Shown here one piece after another: positions 1 to 12,371 of a stretch of DNA of 64,000 nucleotides; position 1 is the stretch's first letter, and each line of letters opens with the position of its first letter. The position numbers and the translations under genes are program-made. The stretch is taken from positions 558,001 through 622,000 of the forward strand of contig CM075991.1 in the NCBI GenBank assembly GCA_038087875.1, given 5' to 3'. The notes under the pieces are model-generated. The model was not told where the DNA came from and ran no database searches. It saw nothing but the letters and a program-made list of their open reading frames with translations. This DNA comes from Malacoraja senta. Its lineage: Eukaryota.

Positions 1-213
1 TCACACACACTCAGACACACATACACAAACATTGTCACACTCACACACACACACTCACTTGCATACACGCACGCTCGCATGCATGCTCGCACGCATACTC
101 GCACAAACACACACACACTTGCATGCAAAGGCATCCACGCTCACATACACACATACATACACACAAACACACACACACACACACGCACACACACTCGCAC
201 ACACACACACACA
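1..213. repeat. degenerate (CA)n microsatellite
   Basis: CA-dinucleotide-rich tract with interruptions. Confidence 0.9.
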
Positions 214-254
214 CGGGCCACGAACAGCTGGAACAGCTGGAATCCACTAGCGGA

Positions 255-1050
255 TTCAGTTCAGTTTAGTTTATTGGCACGTGTACCGAGGTGAAGTGAA
301 AAGCTTTTGTTGCGTGCTATCCAGTCAGCAGAAAGACAATACATGATTACAATCACAGTTTACAGATACATGACGGGGGAATAACATTTAGTGCAAGTAA
401 AGGTGAAGCCAGTAATGTCCGATCAACGATAGTCCGAGGGGCGCCAATGAGGTAGATAGTAGTTCAGCACTGCTCTCTGGTTGTGGTAGGATGGTTCAGT
501 TGCCTGATAATAGCTGGGAAGAAACTGTCCCTGAATCTGGAGGTGTGTGTTTTTTCACTTCTATATCTTTTGCCTGATGGGAGAGGCGAGAAGAGGGAGT
601 GACCAGGGAGCGACTCGTCCTTGATTACGCTGCTGGCCTTGCCGAGGCATCCTGAGGTATAAATGGAGTCAATGGAAGGGAGGTTGGTTTGTGTGATGGT
701 CTGGGCTGCGTCCACAATTCCCTGCAATTTCTTGCGGTCATGGATGGAGCTGTTCCCAAACCAAGTTGTGATGCATCCTGATAAAATGCTTTCTACGGTG
801 CACCTGTAGAAGTTGGTGAGAGTTCTTGGGGACATGCCGAACTTCCTAAGCCTTCTGGGGAAGAAGTGGCGTTGGTGTTCTTTCTTGGTCGTTGCTACAA
901 TATGGGTGGTCCAGGAGAAGTTGTTGGTGATATTGACTCCTAGTAATTTGAAGCTTTCATCCTGTGTACTTCAGCACCGTCAGTGCAAACCGCTTCACTT
1001 CCAGAAGTCTATCACTATCTCCTTTGTCTTGCTGACATTGGGAGAAAGGT
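255..1050 (-). mobile_element. Rex1/Babar LINE 3' fragment
   Basis: ORF 464-835(-) TLTNFYRCTVESILSGCITTWFGN...LPSGKRYRS...RFRDSFFP is the typical Rex1/Babar C-terminus. Confidence 0.8.
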
Positions 1051-1051
1051 T

Positions 1052-1240
1052 GACACAAAATGCTGGAGTAACTCAGCATCTCTGGAGTGAAGGAATGGGC
1101 GACGTTTTGGGTCGAGACCCTTCTTCAGACTGATGTCAGGGGAGTGGGCGGGACAGAGATAGAATGTAGGCGGAGACAGTAGGACTGGTGGGAGAACTGG
1201 GAAGGGGGAGGGGATGGAGAGAACGCAAGGGCTATCTGAA
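1052..1240 (-). mobile_element. Penelope pLTR with hammerhead-like motif (1101-1128)
   Basis: Reverse complement of 1101-1128 is CTGAAGAAGGGTCTCGACCCAAAACGTC. The end at ~1240 resembles the end of the Penelope ORF at 26582. Confidence 0.75.
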
Positions 1241-2362
1241 GGACACTACTACAGGGCTAAATGGAGGGGAGGTATGCAGTAATCCATGGCCTTTATTATA
1301 CCAGCAGAATCTCATGTACCCGAAGGCACTTTGTAACGTCATGCAGCTCCACATTCCAGCTAAGTTACAACAAATTGCAATGCAATGAGACAAGCTTACT
1401 TTTAGATTGATGTGTACCGACGTACAGTGAAAAGCTTTGTTTGCAAGATATCCAATCAAATCTTAAAAAACATTTGGCCAGGTACATGGATAGCATTTGG
1501 TTTAGGGGCAGGTGGGACTTGCGTAGGTGGAGATCTTGGTTATGGGCAAGTTGGGCCGGAGAGCCTATTCCGTGCTGTACGACAATATGACTCTAAATCA
1601 GATAATACTGATTGTACCTCAAGTATGTACATGAATACAATCAGATCAAACTCGTACAACAGTTAGAACAAAGGGGAATATACAGAGTGCAGAATATAAT
1701 TCTCAGCATATAGTACGCACCAGTTCCAGAGACAAAGTCCAATGTCTGCAATAGGGTAGAGGTGAATCGGACAGTACCCTAGCTAATGGAAGGAGCGTTC
1801 AGAAGCCTGATAACAGAGGGGAAGAAGCTGGTCCTGAGTCTGGTGGTGTGTGTTTCAAGCTTCTGTACCTTCTGCCTGACGGGAGCAGGGAGAAGAGGGA
1901 ATGAGTGGTGAGCTGTGTGTCTGTGATCTGATCTCCAGCGATGGGGCCAGATTTGCACATGTCTCAGCTTGTCCTGCTTTGTATTCATGTCAAGGTTCTC
2001 TGTGGGTTTTACATTGTCCTTTGTACCCAAGCAAATCTGCAGCAGTTAGACAAACAAACTGCATCTTATATTTCTTGTTATTTGTATGTTATCTTGTGTC
2101 TTGGCCATGAATGAAACCTCACACCTCGGAGCAACAACGTGAGCAAGGAATTTATAATTAAAAAAATAAAATTTATTCAGAAATTATAATTCCTGTTTAT
2201 ATATATACACATGGACACAGTTTTTTGTTTTGTGTAAACTATATAAATATATGTATAAATAAAGTTTATTCAGAAATATATATATATATAAATTATAAAT
2301 ATATTATAACAAATTATATATGTGTATAAATTATATAGATATTGTAATAAATATATATATAT

Positions 2363-2685
2363 AGGAACAGTGGTGCAACAGGTAGAGCTGCTGCCTCACA
2401 GCACCAGGGACCCTGGTTTGATCCTGACCTCGGGTGCTGCCTGCGTGGAGTTTGCACGTTTTCCCTGTGACCGCGTGGGTTTTCTTTGGGTGTTGCGGTT
2501 TCCTCCCACATCCCAAAGACGTGCGGGTTTGTAGGTTAATCGGCCCTCTGTAAATTGCCCCTCGTGTGAGGGGAGTGGATGAGAAAGTGGGATACCATAG
2601 AACTAGTGTGAACGGATGATCGATGGTCGACGTGGACTCGGTGGGCTGAAGGGCCTGTTTCCCTGCTGAATCTTTCAATCAATCA
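2363..2685 (+). mobile_element. HE1-type tRNA-derived V-SINE (other copies ~14557-14850-, 15770-15987+, 18191-18300+, 20350-20606-, 24484-24795+, 24900-25397-, 36390-36690+, 37130-37395-, 37712-38018-)
   Basis: tRNA-like head (TGGCGCAGCGGTAGAG...GGTTCGATCC in the best copies), V-domain core (GTGGGTTTTC...CCGGTTTCCTCCCACATCCCAAAGAC) and a CR1-like tail (GGGCCGAAGGGCCTGTTTCC). Confidence 0.85.
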
Positions 2686-2811
2686 GTAAATATCTCAGCA
2701 GGTCAGGCGGCATTCATGGAGGAATGGAGAGGCAACGTTTCAGGTCGTGACCCACCATCAGTCTGATGAAGAGTCTTGACCCGAAATGTTGTCTGTCCAT
2801 TCCCTTCACTG

Positions 2812-3968
2812 GCCAGAAAAAGCAGCCTACCAGAGGACTGGGAGAAATTCAGTCCAGCAGAGCAGGACAAAGGGCTTAATTAGGAAAGGGAAAATAGATT
2901 ATGAAAGAAAACTGGCAGGGAACATAAAAACTGACTGCAAACGTTTTTATAGATATGTGAAGAGAAAAAGATTAGTTAAAACAAATGTAGGTCCCTTGCA
3001 GTCAGAAACAGGTGAATTGATCATGAGGAACAAGGACATGGCAGACCGATTGAATAACTACTTTGGTTCTGTCTTCACTGAGGAAGACATAAATAATCTG
3101 CTGGAAATAGCAGGGGACCGCGGGTCAAATGAGATAGAGGAACTGAGTGAAATCCAGGTTAGTCGGGAAGTGGTGTTGGGTAAATTGAATGGATTAAAGG
3201 CCGATAAATCCCCAGGGCCAGATAGGCTGCATCCCAGAGTACTTAAGGAAGTAGCCTCAGAAATAGTGGATGCATTAGTGATAATTTTTCAAAACTCCTT
3301 AGATTCTGGAGTAGTTCCTGAGGATTGGAGGGTAGCTAATGTAACCCCACTTTTTAAAAAGGGAGGAATTACAGACCAGTTAGTCTAACATCAGTAGTGG
3401 GGAAACTGCTAGAGTCGGTTATTAAAGATGGGATAGCAGCACATTTGGAAAGTGGTGAAATCATTGGACAAAGTCAGCCGGGATTTACGAAAGGTAAATC
3501 ATGTCTGACGAATCTTATAGAATTTTTCGAGGATGTAACTAGTAGAGTGGATAAGGGAGAACCAGTGGATGTGTTATATCTGGACTTTCAGAAGGCTTTC
3601 GACAAGGTCCCACATAAGAGATTAGTATACAAACTTAAAGCACACGGTATTGGGGGTTCAGTATTGATGTGGATAGAGAACTGGCTGGCAAACAGGAAGC
3701 AAAGAGTAGGAGTAAACGGGTCCTTTTCAGAATGGCAGGCAGTGACTAGTGGGGTACCCTAAGGCTCAGTGCTGGGACCCCAGCTATTTACAATATATAT
3801 TAATGATTTGGACGAGGGAATTGAATGCAACATCTCCAAGTTTGCAGATGACACGAAGCTGGGGGGGCAGTGTTAGCTGTGAGGAGGATGCTAGGAGGCT
3901 GCAAGGTGACTTGGATAGGCTGGGTGAGTGGGCAAATGCATGGCAGATGCAGTATAATGTGGATAAAT
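2812..3968 (+). mobile_element. CR1 LINE ORF2 fragment (RT), disrupted
   Basis: KSPGPDRLHPRVLKE...VPEDWRVANVTPLFKKG, YLDFQKAFDKVPH, SGVP, FADDTK motifs with frameshifts and a stop. Confidence 0.9.
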
Positions 3969-5930
3969 AGTAAGATTATTTTTATTATTATTTTATTAAA
4001 TTATTTTATTGAACATGTTAAAAAAAAAATACAAACACAAATAAACTTATAAGCAATAAAAAAAGAAATAAAGCACAAAGGGAAATAAACAAATAAGTAC
4101 CTCAAATAATACAAATAATATCGTTCATGTTCAAAAGGGGTAAGAAGAAGTTCGAAAACTTTTCTGGTCCTACCCCCTCTTATTTTCTATACATTTTCAT
4201 GGAAAAACAAAATAATGGGAACAAATGGACCCAAAATCTGTTGAACAGTCCACAAACAAGAAATAACCACACAGAAAAGAAAATCACTGGTCCAGCTCAT
4301 AACCATTCAATCTTTTGTTTCTGAAGAGTGTTTTTAGTTTGAATAGAGTCTTACATTTTTTCAGCTCATCATGGCAGTTATTCTAGAGACTAACACCCTT
4401 TGCTGTAACACAATGGAGTTTTGCATTAGTTCTTATTGCCGGTTTTTCGAATATATAGGTTCCCCTCAGGTTGTGTTTGCTTTCTCTCCGTTGGAACAAC
4501 CCCTGGATATTACAAGGCAATTGCTGATTTGCTGCTTTGAACATAATTTGAATAGTTTTATAATCTGTCAGATCTTGACATTTTAATGTTTTTAGTCTGA
4601 TAAATAATGGTTTTGTTGATTAACAACCCCACTCTCACTATCGACGGCACCACTGTCTCCCCATCTCCTCAGGCACGCAACCTTGGCGTGATCCTTGACT
4701 CAACCCTCTCCCTTGAGCCTCACATCCGCCATGTTGTCAAAACATCATTTTTTCACCTCCACAACATTGCAAAAATCAGATCGACTCATCCATGCCTTCA
4801 TCTCCTCCCGACTGGACTACTGTAACTCTCTTCTTTTCAGAATCAATTCTAGCAGCATCAAACGACTCCAACTGGTTCAAAATGCAGCCGCTCGACTCAT
4901 TACCCACACCAAATCCTGGCACCACATCACCCCAGTTCTCAAAGAACTTCACTGGCTTCCCATTTCCCACCGGATCACCTACAAAATCCTGGTCCTCACC
5001 TACAAAGCCCTCAACAACCTGACCCCCCCTTATCTCATTGACCTCCTCTCCCCCTACCAACCCTCACGGTCCCTCTGATCCACATCAGCTGGTCTCCTCT
5101 CCATTCCGAAATCCAACCTCTGCACTTTTGGAGGCAGAGCCTTCTCCAGGGCAGCTCCCAGGCTCTGGAATTCCCTCCCACAACCGGTCCGAAATTCTGA
5201 GTCCCTCACCATCTTCCAGTCCCGCCTCAAGACCCATCTCTTCACCTCTGCATACCCTTAGTCCAATGTTCCCCTCCCCTCTGTCTTACTGCTCTATTTT
5301 GTTTTGTTTATTCCTGACTCTCAATTGTAAAGCGACTTTGAGTCCTGAAAAGCGCTATATAAATAAAATCTATTATTATTATTATTATTATTGTCTGTAG
5401 GTGGTTTTATGTATAATTGGTATTGCTCTTTTTTGGAGGATGAAGATTGGATGTGTATTTGTTTTGTATGTGTTTCCCCATACCTCCACACAGTATATCA
5501 TGTATGGGAGTATGAGGGGGCAGTACAACATATACAGGGAGGTCTCTGGCTTTATTCAGTATTGCAATTGATTTGGATATTTTGGCTTTAATATAATTTA
5601 TGTGAGATTTCCAAGTTAATTTGTCGTCAATTAATACTCCAAGAAATTTTATTTCAGATACTCTTTCTATTTCTGTGCCATTTATCATGAGCTTTTTCTC
5701 TGTGTTGGTTGATTGATTTCCAAATATTATGAATTTTGTTTTACTTAAATTCAATGTGAGTTTATTTCGTCAAACCAGATCTTCATCCTGCTCAATTCCT
5801 TTTCCATACTATCCAGGAGCTGTTCCAAGTTGTCTCCACAGCAGAGTAAGTTAGTATCATCAGCGAAGATAATAGTTTCAAGAGTTTTTGACACTTCACA
5901 TATATTATTGATATACAAAATGAATAATAA
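3969..5930 (-). mobile_element. Crack/L2-group LINE 3' part, interrupted by an L2 and cut off by the DIRS
   Basis: Minus strand reads LLFILYINNICEVSKTLETIIFADDTN...LNLSKTKFIIFG...KFLGVLIDDKLTWKSHI...IIHKTTYRQ, then resumes beyond the insertion as TKPLFIRLKTLK...YKTIQIMFKA. Confidence 0.75.
4620..5392 (+). mobile_element. L2 LINE 3' fragment with (TAT)n tail
   Basis: ARNLGVILDSTLS...IHAFISSRLDYCNSL...LQLVQNAAARL...HITPVLKELHWLP; tail AAAAGCGCTATATAAATAAAATC(TAT)n. Confidence 0.9.
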
Positions 5931-6458
5931 TTAAACGAGAACTTACCAGTTTGAAGTTTGATCTTTATTTTATGAGGAGTTACGTTGAAGTGATTACGTG
6001 AAGAACCCGCCAGGGCGCATGCGCGACATATCTTCAAAGCAGTGGTGTGAAATCACAGATAAGGTAGTCAAATTAACATAGTAAGATAAGAACTTCATTA
6101 CCAGCTGACCTGTATAATAGAGGGTGGGAGCGGAGGGCACGTAATCCCTCAACGTAACTCCTCATAAAATAAAGATCAAACTTCAAACTGGTAAGTTCTC
6201 GTTTAATCTTACTATTTTACTTCGGAGTCACGTGAGTGACTACGTGAAGATTTTAAAGCTCTGTGATTTCATGCCACTGAACGAGTCCATGCTTCACACC
6301 CTGCTGTCGTAGACTGAGGAGGAAGTATGTTAACAAATCCAGACATTAATCAATTGTTAAAAAGAAACAATAAGTAATTTATTAACACAAATTATAATAA
6401 TGACCCCTGTCCTTTGGGGCGTATTATAAAACAGAACTCAAAATAGTCTCTGCAAAAG

Positions 6459-7400
6459 TCACAGGCTTGGCAACTGGCTTATTATAACATTCTTGGAAGG
6501 TCTCTCCCTGGACCATCCTGCCGTACCCAAGATGTGATCCATTGGAACCTCCATGTGCCGTGCTGCCCATGTGGCTGCAGCCCTGGTGGAATGAGATTTG
6601 AAAATATCAGTATCCACCCCTGCAGCCCCCAAAACCTGTCGAAGCCATCTAGATATAGTTTGGGCCGATACCCTATTGTGAGGTCTTTTGTGGCTCACTA
6701 ATAGTGCCAATTCTTAGCCTCTTACTTTAGCTGTTAGCTCAATGTAAAGTAACAGATGTGTCATAACGCATAAGCGAACATCTGTAGGGTATGCCCGAAA
6801 CTCTAGTTTAAGGCCGGATGCCCCTGGCCTGTTTTGTTTTACCAGTTCATGAATATAAAATGTTATATCATATGTCCCTTTGGCCATCGAGTCCAGTCAT
6901 AACTTGTGTAAAGATTGCACCCGCTGGGCCGAGACCAGTGCCATCAGCATTACCAATTTAAGGGTAAGTTTCTCCAGGGACAGGGACGTTGGTGGTGACC
7001 AACCCCGGAGCAACGTCAACACAATACTCACATCCCAAATGTGAGAGTATCTGGCCCTAGGGGGATTCGAGTTGAATATACCCCTCATTAGTTTGGAAAC
7101 CAAGGGGTGAGACCCCAGAGAATGGTGGTCCAATCCCCGCCACAAATAGGTGGATAGGGCACTCCTGGCGCTGTTGATGGCACTGTAGCTAAGCCCTTCA
7201 TCGAAATGAAGGTTAGCCAGGAACTCCAGGACATTAGTTACAGTGGCTGAGTTATACTCAACATTAGTCCTGGAACAATAGGTAGTTCCCATTTCCTGAT
7301 GTAAGTCAGGTACTGTTTTCTGGTAGACTCTCTTTGTCCAGCCGTGATCATGTTGATGGTTCGGTCCGTCAGTCCAAGATCCAGAAGTGGCCTGTTCAAA
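6459..7400 (-). pseudogene. DIRS tyrosine recombinase (disrupted)
   Basis: LSYSAINSARSALS...HPLVSKLMRGIFN..PP..RYSHIWDV...LTLKLVMLMALVSAQRVQ...TISRWLRQVLGAAGVDTDIFKSHSTRAAAT...TAGWS. Confidence 0.9.
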
Positions 7401-7479
7401 TTCTGCAAATTAACAGATTAGTCCTGTCATGGCATGGATGACTTTCGCCAGTTACAGGATGGACCATCAAGTCTGGTCT

Positions 7480-9260
7480 TTAAGTGACGGCCATACATGG
7501 TTCTGAAACCATGTTGAGAACCACAGGGAACCATGGCTGGGTAGGCCAGTCGGGTACTACCAAAATACTGGACGCAGGGTCTTGTTGTATTTTGCGTAAG
7601 ACCCGACTGATGAGGCAGAAGGGGGGAAATGCATAGAAAAACAAATTTCCCCAGTGCAGCGAAAATGCGTCCATCGCTGCTGCCCAGGGACTGGTTCCCA
7701 TGCAACATATGTCGGCAACTGGCGGTTAAGCCTAGATGCAAATAGATCGATATCTGGTGTTCCATATCTTGCTATGATGTCTGCAAACACTTTGGGGTCC
7801 AACATCCATTCAGTGTTGTCATTAAATTTCCGTGACCTGGTGTCTGCCACTGAATTAAGTTTACCTGGTAAGTAAATAGCAGATATCCAAATGTTTCTCT
7901 TGATACACCATTGCCAGATTGAATTGGCCAGATCATCACATGATCTTGATCTGATTCCACCCATGTGATTAATATAAGCCACCACAGTGGTATTATCTAT
8001 TTGCAGGCGAACATGCAAATGATGCATTTTTGAACAGTACGCCTTCAAACCATAGAATGCTCCCAACATTTCCAAATAATTTATACCAAGTATAAAGCAA
8101 AGATGATTCATGTGCATCCCATCTGCCCCCACAACTGGAGATGGTGTTGGTGGCTCCCCAACCTTGAGCGCTGGCATCAGTCTGTAATACAACTGATGGG
8201 TTGCAAATAATAATGGAGCTGTAGGAACGCCGAATGTTATGTGTCCACCATCGCAGTTCCAAAATAGCTTTTGTTGGTTATTGCATTGGTCTATCGAAAT
8301 GACCAGCATGATGTTTAAGTGCTTGCACCTTTGCTCTCTGTAAATTTTGATAGTGCAAAGGTCCAAAGTGTGTCGCTGGAAAAGCAGCTACGATTTTGCC
8401 AATTACCCTTGCTACTTGTCTGATAGATGGTTGACTGATGACAGCAAGGTTGCTGCAAACTTCCATTAATTCAGTTGCCTTTCCCCTAAGTAAAGTCACA
8501 GTCATGTGAACTGAATTAATGGTGAATCCCAAATAGTCCATAGTCGTGGATGGTGTTAACTTTGATTTATCTGGATGTATGATAAACCCCAGTTTCTCAA
8601 ATAGACCTATGGTAGCTGAAACAGCTAATTTGGCTAATTCGTAGGTTTTACCCATGATTAGTATGTCATCTAAACACGCCATGACAATATGTTTTTGTTT
8701 CCGAAGAAACGCCAGAGCTGGTTTCAGTAATTTGGTGAATAGTCTGGGGGCTGAGGTCAATCCATTAGGTAGTGCTTTGTACTGCCAAAGCTGCCCCATC
8801 TAGTTAAACTTCAGATATCGGCGGTGATCCTTGTGTATAGGCACCGAACAGTATGCATCTTTTAAATCGATGCATGCCATGAAGTAGCCTTCGGAAATCA
8901 ATTGTTTGGCCGTGGCAAAGGTTTCCATTTTGAAGTGAGTATACTGCACAAATGTGTTCAATTGTCTCAAATCGATAATGATGCGACATCCACCATCTTT
9001 TTTCTTTTTTGTGAAAATGTTTGACACAAATTCTCAAGACTCATGTTGAGATCTCTCAATTACACCCTTAGTATAAAGCCTCTTAATTTCAGCATGACCA
9101 TCCAACTTCTCTTGTTGTGATAGAATAAATGATCAGATGGGTGCACGCTGAACGGAGGAAGGTGTTTGTTTTCGAATTCAATTTCATATCCTTGAACACT
9201 ATGCAGTAGATAAGAATCAGAGGTTATTGAGCTCCATGCCTCCCAAAACCAGTGTAACCT
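7480..9260 (-). pseudogene. DIRS RT - RNase H - N6-adenine methyltransferase-like ORF (disrupted)
   Basis: GGRLHWF, RIIIDLRQLN, HFKMET, IDLKDAY, LPNGLTSAPRLFTK, CLDD (RT); TDASAQGWGA, INYLEM, DNTTVVAYINHMGG (RNase H); IDLFASRLN, FYAFPPF, VVPDWPTQPWFP (MT). Confidence 0.9.
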
Positions 9261-9385
9261 ACCACCAACAAGTGTATCCATTACACCTGCTATGTCCTGG
9301 GAGGAACCAGACCCACCGACCTCCATGGTTACCAGTGGGGTGTTCATCTCTTCTTCTGTTTCTTGGCCGATTGAGATGCTGGAAT

Positions 9386-10374
9386 TCAGGGTTGGCGCAT
9401 CTTCCACGAAGGTCGCTCTGGGCCGCGGTCTAAAAAAGACCTTAGTACTTGAGTTGCGGCCTTCGAGCTTTCACCAGCTTCGATGTGACGTGGCCTGCTG
9501 GTGGATGCGTAGGGGTGCTGTAGCCGAGGTGTTTTGCCCGATGCCTTGATGAGCCCGGCGGCTTTCGCCTCTTCATCCAGGTCTTTAACCTGTTTGGACA
9601 GGTTGCCCCCGAATAACAAAATTGGCAGCGGTGTGGTGTTGGTCTTGCACAGAGCCGCAAATTTGGGGTTCAAGGCTGGCGGATGGAGTTCTTACGGAAA
9701 CAGTTGATCTCGAACTGTGTATTGCAGAGCATCGCCAGCCTATCTTGCTGAGCCTCTGTCATTTCCGTGTCATCCACCGACCGGGCAAATGCTGTAATCC
9801 CAGTTGTTAAAAGTTTGAGGATTTTCTGCATTTGTACCTCCTGTGCCCTTATACCTGCACCAACATGTCCCCAGATGGAGGGATTCACTGCTGGGACATT
9901 CAGTGAGATACAGTTCCCTGGTGCCAGGTATTTTGCAGTGGTTTCATTGAGCGCCTGTTCCTGCAATTGATGGGTGGAAAGGTAGTCAATGCTGGCTGCT
10001 AGTTCTTGTTTCTGCAATTGATGGGTTGATAGGTAGTCAATGCTGGCTGCTAGTTCTTGTTTCAGTGGCTTCCCTGACTGTGGAGGCATCGCAAACTTTT
10101 TCACCATACCCAGCATCTTCTCTTCTGGCACCCCCAGCACACTTGAGGTATCTTCAGCCAACCCTTGTTCGGAGTCAGCCCAGAAATGACTCCCAATGCT
10201 CACCTCTGTCGAGGGAGATGCATTGTGCAGCCCTGAAAAAGGTGCTGCCATGGGTGTCCTAGGAGGCCCGTAGTGACATGACTCCTTCTCCCGGAGTTTG
10301 TAACGGTGAAGCAATTGCTCCACTAGCCGCTCCAGACGTGAAATGCGACTACTGTCGCTGTCTGCCGGCGGCAT
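9386..10374 (-). pseudogene. DIRS gag-like ORF (disrupted)
   Basis: P.NCISLNVPAVNPSIW...RKNSIRQP...LNPKFAALCK...LLFGGNL, upstream of the RT. Confidence 0.7.
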
Positions 10375-10439
10375 TTACTCATGGCCCGATACATCGGAGT
10401 CCATGAGCGTGTCCCTCCTTTTGGCGTTCCTGTCAGCTT

Positions 10440-11358
10440 GATGACACAAAGCTGGGGGGCAGTGTTAGCTGTGAGGAGGATGCTAGGAGGCTGCAAGGTG
10501 ACTTGGATAGGCTGGGTGAGTGGGCAAATGCATGGCAGATGCAGTATAATGTGGATAAATGTGAGGTTATCCACTTTGGTGGCAAAAACGGGAAAGTAGA
10601 CTATTATCTGAATGGTGGCTGATTAGGAAAAGGGGAGATGCAACGAGACCTGGGTGTCATGGTACACCAGTCATTGAAAGTAGGCATGCAGGTGCAGCAG
10701 GCAGTGAAGAAAGCGAATGGTATGTTAGCATTCATAGCAAAAGGATTTGAGTATAGGAGCAGGGAGGTTCTACTGCAGTTGTACAGGGTCTTGGACCTGG
10801 AGTATTGCGTACAGTTTTGGTCTCCAAATCTGAGGAAAGACATTCTTGCCATAGAGGGAGTACAGAGAAGGTTCACCAGACTGATTCCTGGGATGTCAGG
10901 ACTTTCATATGAAGAAAGACTGGATAGACTCGGTTTGTACTCGCTAGAATTTAGATTGAGGGGGGATCGAATAGAAACGTACAAAATTCTTAAGGGGTTG
11001 GACAGGCTAGTTGCAGGAAGATTGTTCCCGATGTTGGGAAAGTCCAGGACAAGGGGTCACAGTTTAAGGATAAAGGGGAAATCTTTAGGACCGAGATGAG
11101 AAAAACGTTTTTCACACAGAGAGTGGTGAATCTCTGGAATTCTCTGCCACAGAAGGTAGTTGAGGCCAGTTCATTGGCTATATTTAAGAGGGAGTTAGAT
11201 GTGGCCCTTGTGGCTAAAGGGATCAGGGGGTATGGAGAGAAGGCAGATACAGGATACTGAGTTGGATGATCAGCCATGATCATATTGAATGGCGGTGCAG
11301 GGTCGAAGGGCCAAATGGCCGACTCCTGCACCTATTTTCTATGTATCTATGTTTCTAT
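10440..11358 (+). mobile_element. CR1 LINE 3' fragment with octamer tail
   Basis: QRDLGVMVHQSLK...LEYCVQFWSP...EGVQRRFTRLIPG; ends in CTATGTAT/CTATGTTT repeats. Confidence 0.9.
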
Positions 11359-11582
11359 GCTGCCTGACCCGTTGAGTTCCTCCGGCACTTTGTGTTTATT
11401 ACTCAAGATTCCTTGTTCAAATAACGCCCCTTTCACAATGTATTTCACGTTAACACTGAGGTTGAAACCAACAGGTAATTTTAAATGAATGGTTTCTGCA
11501 AATGGAACATACACTGGACATAGAAAAATATATATTTTCATTATTAATTGACATTGGTGTTTTACCATTATCTATCCTACAG

Positions 11583-11654
11583 GACCTTTGTGAAGGCGAA
11601 GTTCAGACTGATTCCTGAGCGTGCGTTTTCCCACATCCCCACGCTACAATTCCT
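11583..11654 (+). CDS. LGI3: LGI3-like, coding exon 2 (LRR)
   Basis: cctacag|G...CT|gtaagt, 72 bp, phase 2-2. Encodes TFVKAKFRLIPERAFSHIPTLQF(L), which aligns with LGI exon 2 (human LGI3 ...AFSHLPLLQFL). Confidence 0.9.
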
Positions 11655-11664
11655 GTAAGTACGG

Positions 11665-11935
<271 letters not shown>

Positions 11936-12189
11936 GCCAGGACAGCGTGTCTAGAATGATCCGTCTTTCCCCTCGCCTGTACCGACCTCCCCCACACACC
12001 GACCTCTGCACCAGGGGACGGGGCCATCAGTCCTCCCCCCCCCCATCCACCACTCCCTGCTCCCCTCCCCCAGTTCCCTCCCCCCTCCACCCCACCCCAC
12101 CCCACCCTACCCCCTCCCCCACCTTCCCTCCCCACCCCTAAATGGTCATGCGTACCGACAAGTGACAATGACATTCTTACTTGTAGCAG

Positions 12190-12371
12190 CATGACAGGCA
12201 TGTAAACACACCACACATGACAGGCATGTAAACACACCACACATGACAGGCATGTAAACACACCACACATGACAGGCATGTAAACACACCACACATGACA
12301 GGCATGTAAACACACCACACATGAGGCATGTAAACACACCACACATGACAGGCATGTAAACACACCACACA
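12190..12371. repeat. 26-bp minisatellite x7
   Basis: Unit CATGACAGGCATGTAAACACACCACA; one unit has a 2-bp deletion. Confidence 0.95.

Larger units (their letters stand above)
5931..10439 (-). mobile_element. DIRS1-like tyrosine-recombinase retrotransposon, 5'-truncated and frameshifted
   Basis: gag-like region, RT, RNase H, methyltransferase-like and YR domains in DIRS order, plus a terminal/internal complementary repeat at 5931-6000 and 6138-6206. Confidence 0.92.

Noticed and set aside
1901..2110. Cys-containing ORF (ACPALYSCQG) as possible LGI3 exon 1
   Set aside because: No signal peptide, no proper CPxxCxC LRR-NT spacing and no suitable donor; exon 1 is probably upstream of the window.
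6275..6330. CTGAACGAG as a possible hammerhead core in the DIRS end
   Set aside because: Spacing does not fit CUGANGA and there is no matching GAAA box or stem II.
12190..12371. p53 response elements (paired CATG)
   Set aside because: The CATG cores are 5 nt apart rather than 6, and the flanks do not fit RRRCWWGYYY.
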